From Octopus sinensis (Eukaryota): DNA of 47,849 nt. Shown piece by piece: positions 33,747 to 46,039 of the stretch (position 1 is the stretch's first letter; every line of letters starts with the position of its first letter). The translations under genes were made by a program, and so were the position numbers. A model generated the notes under the pieces. The model ran no database searches and was not told the origin of the DNA. It saw only the letters and a program-made list of their open reading frames with translations. The stretch lies in the NCBI RefSeq assembly GCF_006345805.1, contig NW_021834595.1:1-47849 (forward strand). Reading direction: 5' to 3'.

Positions 33747-34490
33747 TTATTCATTTACTTGTTTCAGTCATTTGACTGTGGCCATGCTGGAGCACCGCCT
33801 TTAGTCGAGCAACTCGACCCCGGGACTTATTCTTTGTAAGCCTGCTACTTATTCTATCAGTCTCTTTTGCCGAACGCTAAGTGACGGGGACAGAAACATA
33901 CTAGCATCAGTTGTCAAGCGATGCTAGGGGGACAAACACAGACACACAAACATACATGCACATACATATATATACACTTATATAAGACGGGCTTCTTTCA
34001 GTTTCTGTCAACCGGATCCACTCACAAGGCTTGGATCAGCCTGAGGCTATAGTAGAAGACACCTGCCCAAGGTGCCACGCAGTGGGACTGAACCCGGAAC
34101 CATGTGGTTGGTAAACAATCTACTTACCACACAGCCACTCCTGCGCTCTTTTACTCTTTTACTTGTTTCAGTCATTTGACTGCAGCCATGCTGGAGCACC
34201 GCCTTTAGTCAAGCAAATCGACCCCAGGACTTATTCTTCGTAAGCCTGGTACTTATTCTGTCGGTCTCTTTTTGCCGAACTGCTAAGTTACGGGGGCATA
34301 AACACACCAGCATCCGTTGTCAAGCAATGTTGGGAGGACAAACACAGACACACCAACACACATACACACACACATACATATATATATACACTTATATACG
34401 ATGGGCTTCTTTCAGTTTCCATCCACCAAATCCACTCACAAGGATTTGGTCGGCCCGAGGCTATAGTAGATGACACTTGCCCAAGGTGCT
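33747..34490 (-). mobile_element. Two adjacent SINE AB copies (33747-34145; 34146-34490, head truncated)
   Basis: Family match; an older diverged + strand relative follows at ~34500-34810. Confidence 0.85.
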
Positions 34491-35274
34491 ATAAACCCAG
34501 GCCAGCCAATGGCTTGTGAATGAATTTAGTAGACAAAAACTGTGTGGATGCCCTTTCTGTATGTGTGTGTATGCATGTGTATGTGTGTGTGTGATTGTGT
34601 GCATGTGTGCTTATATATCTTTGCGATCATGTTGGTTCTCATCCCCCTCTCACTTGACAACTAGAGTTATCCCATAAGTTAACAGTTCAGCAAAAGAGAC
34701 TGTCAAAATGAATAACAGATTTGAAAAACAAAAAGTACCATAGTCGATTTTTTCGACTAAAAATCCTTCAAGGTGGTGCCCAGTCTTGGATGCAATCCAA
34801 TGTATGAAATAGGTAAAAGACAAAAGAATATATTATCATACAGATAAATTTATTTATATTGACAGATACATTTAAAGATAGAGACAACCAACAGTTTAAT
34901 TCAAAGCGAATTTAATTTTTACAGGAACAACTTTAACTTAAGTCTATAATGTCTTTACATACAACAGTAACAAGTATTAAGATGCAATTATTATACATTA
35001 ATTAATTTATCATTATCATATCCATTGTTGTTAAAAATAATTATGCAGTGAAAATAAACAATCAGGACTCACACCATTAGCCACAAAGAATAATCTCTAA
35101 TTTGAGCCTACTCTAAGGTCGCAAAAGCTACGTTGTTATCCTCATTCCCTAAACGGTGGCTTTTAACGGGTGGAGAGCTGAACCATCCTGGGGTACAGAG
35201 GATTCACAATCTAGACTAGGGTCTGAAAGTTTACCACACCATAATGGGTTACATCATGGATCCTCTGATTTGTG

Positions 35275-35470
35275 GCAGAAATAAGAGGAAAGAGTGAGAG
35301 AAAGTTATGGTGATAGAGTGCAGCAGGGTTTACCACCCCCCTCACCGGAACCTCATGGAGCTTAGGAGTTTTTGCTGAATAAACACTCACAATGCTTGAT
35401 CTGGGAATTGAAACTGTGTTCTTACAAGCATGAGTCTGCTGCCCTAACTACTGGGCCATTGCGCTTCCAC
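35275..35470 (-). mobile_element. Diverged SINE family D
   Basis: GAGTGAGAGAAAGTTATGGTGA..CTGGGAATTGAAACT..CTGGGCCATTGCGCTTCCAC. Confidence 0.7.
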
Positions 35471-35745
35471 TTGTTGATGTTGCAACTGCATCACATGAGC
35501 CAACAAATCTTCCATGTTAAATAATATTTTCTTTGGTTTCGTACCAAACGAAATAAAAATCTAAACGTCCTACGAAAGCTTTGAATATCTCGTTGCCACT
35601 TTTATATCCTGCCACAGGTTTGTATGGATAAACTATGCAGCGGAGGTTAAATCAATGTGTTCACATGGCGTACTTTGCGAGACTACCAAAAATGCTGCCT
35701 ACTCGACTACTAGCAACCTCTACCCTTTATAATAGTTCAGCTAGT

Positions 35746-36315
35746 CCATTCTTCCAATCTCCTGGGGGTATCAAGGATTCTTGTCCCAACAGAAAAAAAA
35801 CGAAGCTGTTTTTTGCAATAAATACATTTAAAAGCGAAATTTTATTCATGGACCCAAAAATCTTATGTAGACCCCCTGGAAGTCATATGGACCCACTGAT
35901 TTAGACCAGAGCTCCACAATCCATTTTTCCAATCACTCGGGGGTGTTAATGACTCTCACTGCAACAGTAAAAAACCAAGCTATTTTCTGCAATAAATACA
36001 TTTAAAAGCGAAATTTTATTCATGGACCCAAAAATCTTATGTAGACCCCTTGGAAGTCATATGGACCCACTGATATAGACCAGATTTTCGCAATCCATTC
36101 TTCCAATCCCCCGGGGATGTCAATGACTCTCACCACAACAGGAAAAAACCAAGCTATTTTCTGCAATAAATACATTTAAAAGCGAAATTTTATTCATGGA
36201 CCCTTAGAATACTACTGTGAATCCCTAATTTACTATATTACTGGCATGGACCTAAAAATCTTATGTAGACCCCCTGGAAGTCTATGGACCCACTGGTTTA
36301 GATCAGTTCTCTGCA
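35746..36315. repeat. ~174-bp tandem repeat x~3
   Basis: Units start at 35746, 35921, 36095. Confidence 0.85.
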
Positions 36316-36692
36316 ACAATTTCTTTGTTTGCCGTACACTTATGTTCTTTTCAGAATTCAGTAACACACCTGAACTAAAGCTGCAACTAAAAATATAGGG
36401 AAAAAATTATATTCAAGTTACACTATGACACACCTAGCCTCGTCTCGTGGCACACAAGTGTGCCGTGGGATGTCAGTTGCAGAGCACTGCCTTATACTGA
36501 TGTTATTTCGTTTTAATAATTTTTAACAACTATGGACAGCATGTTTTGGTCCTTTTCGGCATCCTCAGAGGATTAGGTTCCAGGAATGTTTTCATTGATA
36601 AAATGAATATGGAAAGATATTTTATTTTGAATGGGGATGGGGGAGGATGATTACATTTGTGTTCAAATATGGAAATATGTGTATGTGTTAGT

Positions 36693-36727
<35 letters not shown>

Positions 36728-36744
36728 CTTGCATCTGTATGTGT

Positions 36745-37020
36745 GTGTGTGTGTGTGTGTGTGTTGGTATGTGTTATATATGTCTTGCATCTGTATGTGT
36801 GAATTCCTTAAAAAGTCTGTGAGTATGCCTGCAAATATTTTGTGTGTATGTGTGTATGTTTGTGTATGTGTGTGTGTGTGTGTGTGTATTTTGAAACATG
36901 TGTGCCTGTACATGTGTGTGATTGTGTTTGTGTCTTCATGTGGATATATGTCATCATGTCTATATGTGTATATGTGTGCATGTGTGTGTATATATACATA
37001 TATATATACATATGTATATA

Positions 37021-37101
<81 letters not shown>

Positions 37102-37454
37102 ATGTGTGCATGCATGTATGTATATATGTGTGTGTGTGGTGTGTGTGTGTGTGTTGGTATGTGTTATATATGTCTTGCATCTGTATGTGTGAATTCCTTA
37201 AAAAGTATGTGAGTATGCCTGCAAATATTTTGTGTGTATGTGTGTATGTGTGTATGTTTGTGTATGTGTGTGTGTGTGTGTGTATTTTGAAACATGTGTG
37301 CCTGTACATGTGTGTGATTGTGTTTGTGTCTTCATGTGGATATATGTCATCATGTCTATATGTGTATATGTGTGCATGTGTGTGTATATATACATATATA
37401 TATATATATATACATATGTATATATATATGTGTATATATATATATATGTATATA

Positions 37455-37495
<41 letters not shown>

Positions 37496-37520
37496 ATGTG
37501 TGCATGCATGTATGTATATA

Positions 37521-37568
<48 letters not shown>

Positions 37569-37570
37569 CA
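36745..37570. repeat. ~390-bp tandem duplication of a microsatellite-rich block
   Basis: GTGTTGGTATGTGTTATATATGTCTTGCATCTGTATGTGTGAATTCCTTAAAAAGT at ~36760 and ~37150. Confidence 0.9.
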
Positions 37571-37643
37571 CACGCACACATGTGTTCACATGCTTGCTTG
37601 CGAAAAGCCCAGGCCACAGGTTTTCTCCAGAGGGCGCTGTTAC

Positions 37644-37706
37644 TTCCTGGAGATCGACAGCCAATGACAGCTCATCCGCCGGGAGAGTTATTTCCCTTGC
37701 ATCACA
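37644..37706 (-). CDS. Weak candidate exon, product unknown
   Basis: Very strong pyrimidine tract ..ttttcttttgtctttacag|; open frame [21 protein letters not shown]; donor gtaaca (or gtgaac at 37589); locally GC-richer. Confidence 0.2.
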
Positions 37707-37829
37707 CTGTAAAGACAAAAGAAAAAAAAGAAAGAAAGAAAGAAAACATAAGAATTAATACATTCATCGTTCACATCGCCATTACTGTTATCATCTTTGG
37801 CAGTGATTCTGGGCTCATTTTTTTCGCCT

Positions 37830-39970
37830 TCTAGCAGCTTCACATCACTGTCTGAACTGAGCTTAAGACCCTGTTCAAAGATAGTCAGAATGCCTGTTGA
37901 ATCCCTTCATGCCTTGGACATGGCTTCATAACTGTCCATGTCACGTCTTACAGCCGTTTCAGTGGTCACAAAGCATTAAGCTACAATCATGATGTCAGCA
38001 TTTGGTTACCCAGCCTGAATCCCCATGATGCAAGAAACTCTTTTCCAATATCCAGATGGCTTCCAGTCTCCTAGTAGCTTCACATCACTGTCTGAATTGA
38101 GCTTAAGACCCTGTTCAAAGATAGTCAGAATGCCTGTTGAATCCCTTCATAACTGTCCATGTCACATCTTACAGCCGTTTCAGTGGTCACAAAGCATTAA
38201 GCTACAATCATGATGTCATCATTTTGACATCCAGCCTGAATCACCATGATACAGGTAACTATTTTCCAATATCCAGATCGCTTCCAGTCTCCTAGTAGCT
38301 TCACATCACTGTCTGAATTGAGCTTAAGACCCTGTTCAAAGATAGTCAGAATGCCTGTTGAATCCCTTCAAGCCTTGGACATGGCTTCATAACTGTCCAT
38401 GTCATGTCTTACAGCCGTTTCAGTGGTCACAAAGCATTAAGCTACAATCATGATGTCAGCATTTTGATACCCAGCCTGAATAATCGTGATACAAGAAACT
38501 CCTTTCCAATATTTAGATGGCTTCCTGCTGTCTGACTTGAGCCTAAGCCTCCATTCAAAGATTTGAACATGAATTCCAGCAAGTGGACAGGGTCAGAATG
38601 CCTGCTGTGTCCTTTTCTGCCTGGTACAGCTTCATAGTCTCCTTTGCAGCTGTCCATGTCATGTCCTACAGCCGTTTCAGTGGTCACAAAGCATTAAGCT
38701 ACAATCATGATGTCAGCATTTGGTTACCCAGCCTGAATCACCATGATGCAAGAAACTCTTTTCCAATATTCAGATGGCTTCCTGTTTTCTAGTAGCTTCA
38801 CATCACTGTCTGAATTTAGCTTAAGACCCTGTTCAAAGATGTGGGGGTAAATTCCAGCATACAAACAGTCAGAATGCCTGTTGAGTCCCTTCATGCTGGA
38901 CATGGCTTCATAACTGTCCATGTCACGTCTTACAGCCGTTTCAGTGGTCACAAAGCATTAAGCTACAATCATGACATCAGCATTTGGTTACCCAGCCTGA
39001 ATCACCATGATACAAGAAAATATTTTCCAATATCCAGATCGCTTCCAGTGTCCTAGCGGCTTCACATCACTGTCTGAATTGAGCTTAAGACCCTGTTCAA
39101 AGATAGTCAGAATGCCTGTTGAATCCCTTCATAACTGTCCATGTCACATCTTACAGCCGTTTCAGTGGTCACAAAGCATTAAGCTACAATCATGATGTCA
39201 GCATTTGGTTACCCAGCCTGAATCACCATGATGCAAGAAACTCTTTTCCAATATTCAGATGGCTTCCAGTCTCCTAGCGGCTTCACATCACTGTCTGAAT
39301 TTAGCTTAAGACCCTGTTCAAAGATGTGGGGATAAATTCCTATTTCTTTACTGCCCACAAGGGGCTAAACACAGAGAGGACAAACAAGGACAGACGAATG
39401 GAGTAAGTCGATTACATTGACCTCAGTGCGTAACTGGTACTTATTTAATCACCACCGAAAGGATGAAAGGCAAAGTCGACCTCGGCGGAATTTGAACTCA
39501 GAACATAACGGCAGACGAAATACCTGTTTCTTTACTACCCACAAGGGGCTAAACACAGAGGGAACAAACAAGGACAGACAAAGGGATTAAGTCGATTATA
39601 TCGACCCCAGTGCGTAACTAGTACTTATTTAATCGACCCCGAAAGGATGAAAGGCAAAGTCGACCTCGGCGGAATTTGAACTCAGAACGTAGCGGCAGAC
39701 GAAAAACAGCTACGCATTTCGCCCGGCGTGCTAAAATTTCTGCCAGCTCGCCGCCTTTATTTCCAGCATACAATCAGTCAGACCATTTGCTGTGTCCCTT
39801 CCTGCTCGTCATGGCTTCATAGTCTTCATTGTAGATGTCCATGTCATGTCTTACAGCCGTTTCAGTGGTCACAGGGCACTAAGCCACAGTCATGATGTCA
39901 TCATTTTGATACCCAGCCTGAATCTCATGATACAAGTAACTCTCTTCCAATATTCAGATGGTTTCCTGTC
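37830..39970. repeat. ~220-260-bp tandem repeat (~8 units)
   Basis: CTTCACATCACTGTCTG landmarks at 37838, 38078, 38299, 38796, 39060, 39281; diverged units at ~38520-38795 and ~39760-39970. Confidence 0.9.
39339..39755 (-). mobile_element. SINE family C dimer (full copy plus headless copy)
   Basis: Junction GAAATACC|TGTTTC at ~39524; host repeat resumes after it. Confidence 0.8.
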
Positions 39971-40179
39971 CACCATGTCAACCAAATTTTTCTCAGCTAA
40001 AAATTTAATCGCTAAGCTCTGGCACGTTGGCAGAAACATTAATACACCAAGCAAAATGCTTTGTGGCATTTCATCTGTCTTCATGTTCTGAGTTCAAATT
40101 CCGCTAACGTTGACTTGGTAAACTGGGTGCTTGAGCTAAATTTTCTGAAAGTTAAAATTTTGCTTCTCCCACCCCTTAA

Positions 40180-40814
40180 CCCTTTCGTTACCAACCCGGC
40201 TGAAACCGGCTCTGGCTCTGAGTACAAATGCCTTGTTTTCATAAATTTTGAATTATGTTTCTTTATTAGCCACACAGGGCTGCACACAGACAGGACAAAT
40301 TACAAGGTAGAGCTTTTCTTTTGGGGATAAAAAAGGGGGTTTGGTTTTCGATCAAAAAGGATCGTAAAAGGAAAGAAAGAGGACAAAAAAGGGGGAGGAT
40401 TAAAAAAAAAAGGAAAAGGAAAAAAAATCGATCAATAGGGATCGTTATCACAGAAATGTCAATATAAAGTGTAAAGGGGAGGACAGGTGAGGTTTACCCA
40501 TGGAAAGAAAAGCCTACGGAAAAGACCACGGTAACCTCGGTCAATGAAGTCACATGTTATATTTTTTTTACAAATAAGCAACTTTCTGTATTAATTTTTA
40601 CGGTTCATAGGATCATAGTCAAGGAGGCTTCGTCATTCATACGTGCCATCCTTGGTAAGTTTTGAATTAAAATCTTCCACCAAACCTTAGTCACAATTTA
40701 TGTTCCTAAAACTAGCTTAATGATAACTAAGTTATTTTACTAAATTCTTTGTTATATTTATAATTAATTGAAAGAAACACAGGACATCTCAACAGAAGTA
40801 TGGTAACAAAAGGG
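40180..40814. mobile_element. piggyBac-type MITE interrupted by a LINE 3' end
   Basis: TTAA + CCCTTTCGTTACCA ... TGGTAACAAAAGGG + TTGA. Confidence 0.7.
40255..40656 (-). mobile_element. 5'-truncated LINE 3' end, probably Tx1/L1-like
   Basis: 13-bp TSD TAA(A/G)TTTTGAATT (40242-54, 40656-68); ORF end PRMARMNDEASLTMIL* (40655-40605), clade recalled from octopus Tx1-like proteins and unverified; tail GCCCTGTGTGGCTAATAAAGAAAC. Confidence 0.6.
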
Positions 40815-40845
40815 TTGAAATATATAATAGAGAAACAATTCTTAA

Positions 40846-41290
40846 CCCTTTTGATACCAACCCGGTAGAAACCACCTCTGGCTCTTTAATACAAACGTCT
40901 TGTTTTCTTAAGTTTTGAATTAAAATCTTCCATGAAACTTTAGTCAACAATTTATGTTCCTAACACTAGCTGAATGATAACTAAGTTATTTTACTAAATT
41001 CTTTGTTATATTTATAATTAATTGAAAGAAACACAGAGCATCTCAACAGAAGTATGGCAACAAAAGGGTTGAAATATATAATAGAGAAACAATTCTTAAC
41101 CCTTTTGATACCAACCTACCTGAAACCACCCCTGGCTCTGTAGTACAAATGTCTTGTTTTCAAAAGTTCTGAATTAAAATCTTCCACCAAAACCTTAGTC
41201 ACAATTTATGTTCCTAACACCAGCTTAATGGTAACTAAGTTATTTTACTAAATTCTTTGTTATATTTAAAGTAATTGAAAGAAACACACT
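40846..41290. mobile_element. Further tandem copies of the piggyBac-type MITE (40846-41068 complete, 223 bp; 41100-41290 interrupted)
   Basis: TTAA-CCCTTTTGATACCA termini; the same ~27-bp spacer between copies. Confidence 0.75.
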
Positions 41291-42106
41291 GGGGTCGATA
41301 TAATCGACTTAATCCATTTGTCTGTCCTTGTTTGTCCCCCTCTGTGTTTAGCCCCTTGTGGGTAGTAAAGAAATAGGTATTTCATCTGCCATTACGTTCT
41401 GAGTTCAAATTCCGCCAAGGTCGACATTGCCTTTCATCCTTTCAGGATCAATTAAATAAGTACCAGTTACACACTGGGGTCGATATAATCGACTTAATCC
41501 GTTTGTCTGTCCTTGTTTGTCCTCTCTGTGTTGAGCCCCTTGTGGGTAGTAAAGAAATAGGTATTTCGTCTGCCGTTACGCTCTGAGTTCAAATTCTGCC
41601 GAGGTCGACATTGCCTTTCATCCTTTCGGGATCAATTAAATAAGTACCAGTTACACACTGGGGTCGATATAATCGACTTAATCAGTTTGTCTGTCCTTGT
41701 TTGTCCCCTCTGTGTTTAGCCTCTTGTGGGTAGTAAAGAAATAGGCATTTCATCTGCTGTTACATTCTGAGTTCAAATTCCACCGAGGTCGACATTGCCT
41801 TTCATCCTTTCAGGATCAATTAAATAAGTACCAGTTACACACTGGGGTCGATATAATCGACTTAATCCGTTTGTCTGTCCTTGTTTGTCCCCTCTGTGTT
41901 TAGCCTCTTGTGGGTAGTAAAGAAATAGGTATTTCATCTGCTTTACATTCTGAGTTCAAATTCCACCGAGGTCACATGCCTTTCATCAATCCTTTCGGTC
42001 GATTAAATAAGTACCAGTTACACACTGGGGTCGATATAATCGACTTAATCCGTTTGTCTGCCCTTGTTTGTCCCCTTTGTGTGTAGCCCCTTGTGGGCAG
42101 TAAAGA
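41286..42106 (+). mobile_element. Tandem array of headless SINE family C units (~184-bp period, 4 full plus 1 partial)
   Basis: Units start at 41286, 41471, 41655, 41839, 42022; junction AAAGAAATAGG|TATTTC. Confidence 0.9.
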
Positions 42107-42129
42107 AGAAAGAAAAAAGGAAAAAAGAA

Positions 42130-43205
42130 AAGGGTTAAATAATTTATGTTCCAAACACCAGATTAATTAATTCATTATTATCAAAATTAATTGAAACAAA
42201 AGCTGTGTATTTTCACAGAAAAGAATTAAAGTGATCTAAATTTAAACATTCAATCAAAATTTTATGTTAATTTATGCTCCAAAAACCAGCTTAATAAAGA
42301 CAGTTATTTAACTAAATTCTTCATTAATTTCAAAATTAATTGCAACAAAGTCAGTGTATTTCAACAGAAATATGCTAAGAAAATGGTTAAAGTGGTCTGA
42401 ATTAAAACTTTCAATCAAAATTTCTTCTTAATTTATGTCAATTTATGTTAATTTATGTTCCAAACACCAGTTTAATAATGACAGTTATTTTACTAAATTC
42501 TTCATTAATTTCAAAATTAATTGCAACAAAGTCAGTGTATTTCAACAGAAATATGCTAAGAAAAGGGTTAAAGTGGTCTAAATTAAAACTTTCAATCAAA
42601 ATTTCTTGTTAATTTATGTTTAATTTATGTTAATTTATGTTCCAAACACCAGTTTAATAATGACAGTTATTTTACTAAATTCTTCATTAATTTCAAAATT
42701 AATTGCAACAAAGTCAGTGTATTTCAACAGAAATATGCTAAGAAAAGGGTTATCACATGATCACGTGACCGACCAGACCATCAGATGTTGTTACACATCG
42801 CTGGTCACAATGCATTCGCATTGTTTTAGCCTTCGAATGACGCCACCCCGCTGGCTAAGCGAGCAGGCCAACAGAAGAAAGAGTGGTGAAAGAGTACAGC
42901 AGGGATCACCACCCCCTGCCGGAACCTCGTGGAACTTTTAGGTGTTTTCGCTCAATAAACACTCACAACACCCGGTCTGGGAATCGAAACCGCGATCCTG
43001 CGACCACTTGGCCATTGCACCTCCATAAGAAAAGGGTTATAGTGATCTAAATTAAAACTTTCAATCAAAATTTCTTGTTAATTTATGTCAATTTATGTTA
43101 ATTTATGTTCCAAACGCCAGTTTAATAATGACAGTTATTTTACTAAATTCTTCGTTATTTTCAGAATTAATTAAAACAAAGGTAGTGAAATATGGTAAGA
43201 AATGT
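42130..43205. repeat. ~175-bp tandem repeat related to the right end of the piggyBac-type MITE
   Basis: ATTTATGTTCCAAACACCAG..CAACAGAAATATGCTAAGAAAAGGGTTAA units. Confidence 0.8.
42754..43025 (-). mobile_element. SINE family D, tail D2
   Basis: Perfect 15-bp TSD TAAGAAAAGGGTTAT (42739-53, 43026-40). Confidence 0.9.
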
Positions 43206-43399
43206 GTTAAGTGAAATATGAGTAAAAAACAGTTTATTTATTTATATATACATATTTATTTTACAATTTATATTATTGAACATGCAGTATGAAAATAATA
43301 CTTTTTTATCAAAGTTTGTAAACAAATAGACAGGAAAAATAATATCAAGGGAAATCTCAAAGTCTTCAGAATTTCATTTTTTTTTTATCCTGTCTCTTA

Positions 43400-43675
43400 A
43401 CCATTCCTTTCTCTCTCTCCTTCTCTCTCTTTTTCTCCTTCTCTCTTTTTCTCCTCCTTTCTCTCTTTTCTCTTCCTCTCTCTCCTTCTCCTCTCTCTCT
43501 CTCTTCTTTCTCTTTCTCCTTCTTTCTCTCTCTTTCTCTTTTCTCTCTCTCTTCCCTTCTCTCTTTCTCCTTCTTTCTCTTTTCTCTTTCTCTTCCCTTC
43601 TCTCTTTCTCTCTTTCTCTTTTCTCTTACTCTTCCCTTCTCTCTTACTCCTTATTTCTCTTTCTCTCTTTCTCCC

Positions 43676-43706
<31 letters not shown>

Positions 43707-43735
43707 TTCTCCCTCTCTCTCTCCTTCACTCTCCT

Positions 43736-43769
<34 letters not shown>

Positions 43770-43805
43770 TCTCCTTCTTTCTCTCTCTTTCTCTCTCTCT
43801 CTCTG
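43400..43805. repeat. ~400-bp (CT)-rich polypyrimidine tract
   Basis: Almost purine-free on +. Confidence 0.95.
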
Positions 43806-44363
43806 TTCCTGCCTTGCAGAACTTCCACACGATAAAAATCTTCTAAAACTGATCGGTATAAGTGATAGCATCAAAAACCATTACCTTTGATGCTAAATAG
43901 AGCGGTTCATGAATTTTTAAGTTACAACCTCCTTAAGGATTCCCAAAGACAACACAAATTCCAACCCAATCACTTCTAACATACATACACAGAACCAGAA
44001 ACTGCTCCAGGCTAAAATTTGAGGAACGCACAAACGAAGAAACACACTGATATATTTTATATATTTAAATATGATGTAGATATGAAGAATGCCAAACAGT
44101 ACAGCTTCTTGTCTTGGGTCTTTTTTTTCTCTTTTGTTACAATTTATATTTTGGATTTTTATTTCTTTATTTTACGCTTCGAAAATATTTTAGTGAATTC
44201 TATCTCTGGTTGGATGTTTTTTAGTTGGATAGTATTAAAGATTACGGTTAGTCATCTTTCATGGGTATATTTATATCATGCATGGGCGTGTATGTATATA
44301 TATGTATACATACATACATATCTACAAATATACATACATATATATCTATACTATATCTATATA

Positions 44364-44412
<49 letters not shown>

Positions 44413-44415
<3 letters not shown>

Positions 44416-44749
44416 AAGGCGCATGGCTCAGTGGTTAGAGCGTCGAGCTTACGATCATGAGGTTGTCAGCTTGAATCCCGTACCGGGCTGCGTGTTGTGT
44501 TCTTGAGCAAGACACTTTACTTCAAGTTGCTCCAGTTAACTCAGCTGTAGAAATGAGTTGCGACATCACGGGTGCCAAGCTGTATCGACCTTTGTCTTTC
44601 TCTTGGATAACACTGGTGGCGTGGAGAGGGGAAACCGGTATACATGGGCGACTGCTGGTCTTCCATAAACCACCATGCCTAGACTTGTGACTAGGAGGGT
44701 AACTTTCTAGGTGCAATCCCATGGTCAGTGTCGTGACCGGAGGGGGTCC
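44413..44749 (+). mobile_element. tRNA-derived SINE family E
   Basis: GGCGCATGGCTCAGTGGTTAGAGC A-box, degenerate B-box, core GTTCTTGAGCAAGACACTTT. Confidence 0.7.
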
Positions 44750-44763
44750 TGAATATATATATA

Positions 44764-44984
44764 GGCGCAGGAGTGGCTGTGTGGTAAGTAGCTTGCTAAC
44801 AACCACATGGTTCCGGGTTCAGTCCCACTGTGTGGACCTTGGGCAAGTGTCTTTGCTCTATAGCTCCGGGCCAACCAATGCCTTGTGAGTGGATTTGGTA
44901 GATGGAAACTGAAAGAAGCCCGTCGTATATATGTATATATATATATAATATATATATATATATATAGATAGAATATGTTATATA

Positions 44985-45026
<42 letters not shown>

Positions 45027-45579
45027 CGCAGGAGTGGCTGTGTGGTAAGTAGCTTGTTACCAACCACATGGTTCCGGGTTCAGTCCCACCGCGTGGCACC
45101 TTGGGCAAGTGTCTTCTGCTATAGCTCTGGGCAACCAATGCTTGTGAGTGGATTTGGTAGACGGAAACTGAAAGAAGCTTGTCGTATATATGTATATATA
45201 TATATTATATATATATATATATATAGGGCGGGAGTGGCTGTGTGGTAAGTAGCTTGTTTACCAACCACATGGTTCCGGGTTCAGTCCCACCGCGTGGCAC
45301 CTTGGGCAAGTGTCTTCTGCTATAGCTCTGGGCCCACCCATGCCTTGTGAGTGGATTTGGTAGACGAAACTGAAAGAAGCTTGTCGTATATATGTATATA
45401 TATATATATATATATAGGCGCGGGAGTGGCTGTGTGGTAAGTAGCTTGTTTACCAACCACATGGTTCCGGGTTCAGTCCCACTGCGTGGCACCTTGGGCA
45501 AGTGTCTTCTGCTATGGCTCCGGGCCAACCAATGCCTTGTGAGTGGATTTGGTAGTGGAACTGAAAGAAGCCCGTCGTA

Positions 45580-45619
<40 letters not shown>

Positions 45620-46015
45620 CGCAGGAGTGGCTGTGTGGTAAGTAGCTTGCTAACCAACCACATGGTTCCAGGTTCCAGTCCCACTGCGTGGCATCTTGGG
45701 CAAGTGTCTTCCGCTATAGCTCCGGGCCAACCAATGCCTTGTGAGTGGATTTGGTAGACGGAAACTGAAAGAAGCCTGTCGTATATATATGTGTGTATGT
45801 GTGTGTGTTTGTGCGTCTGTGTTTGTCCCCCTAGCATTGCTTGACAACTGATGCTGGTGTGTTTATGTCCCCGTCACTTAGCGGTTCAGCAAAAGAGACC
45901 GATAGAATAAGAACTGGGCTTATAAAAGAATAAGTGCTGCTTATTTAAGGCGGTGCCCCAGCATGGCCACAGTCAAATGACTGAAACAAGTAAAAGAGTA
46001 AAAAAGAGTAAAGAG
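44764..46015 (+). mobile_element. Five tandem SINE AB heads separated by (TA)n; only the last carries the tail module
   Basis: Heads at 44764, 45025, 45227, 45417, 45618; tail ends GAGTAAAAAAGAGTAAAGAG. Confidence 0.9.
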
Positions 46016-46039
46016 TATATATATATATATATATATATA

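Noticed and set aside
38448-40084. Reflectin-like MD motifs in the 240-bp repeat
   Set aside because: Lacks the M/FD(X)5MD(X)5MD spacing and the Tyr/Met/Arg-rich composition; frames interrupted
43397-43874. E/R/K-rich ORFs
   Set aside because: Translation of the (GA)-rich strand of the polypyrimidine tract
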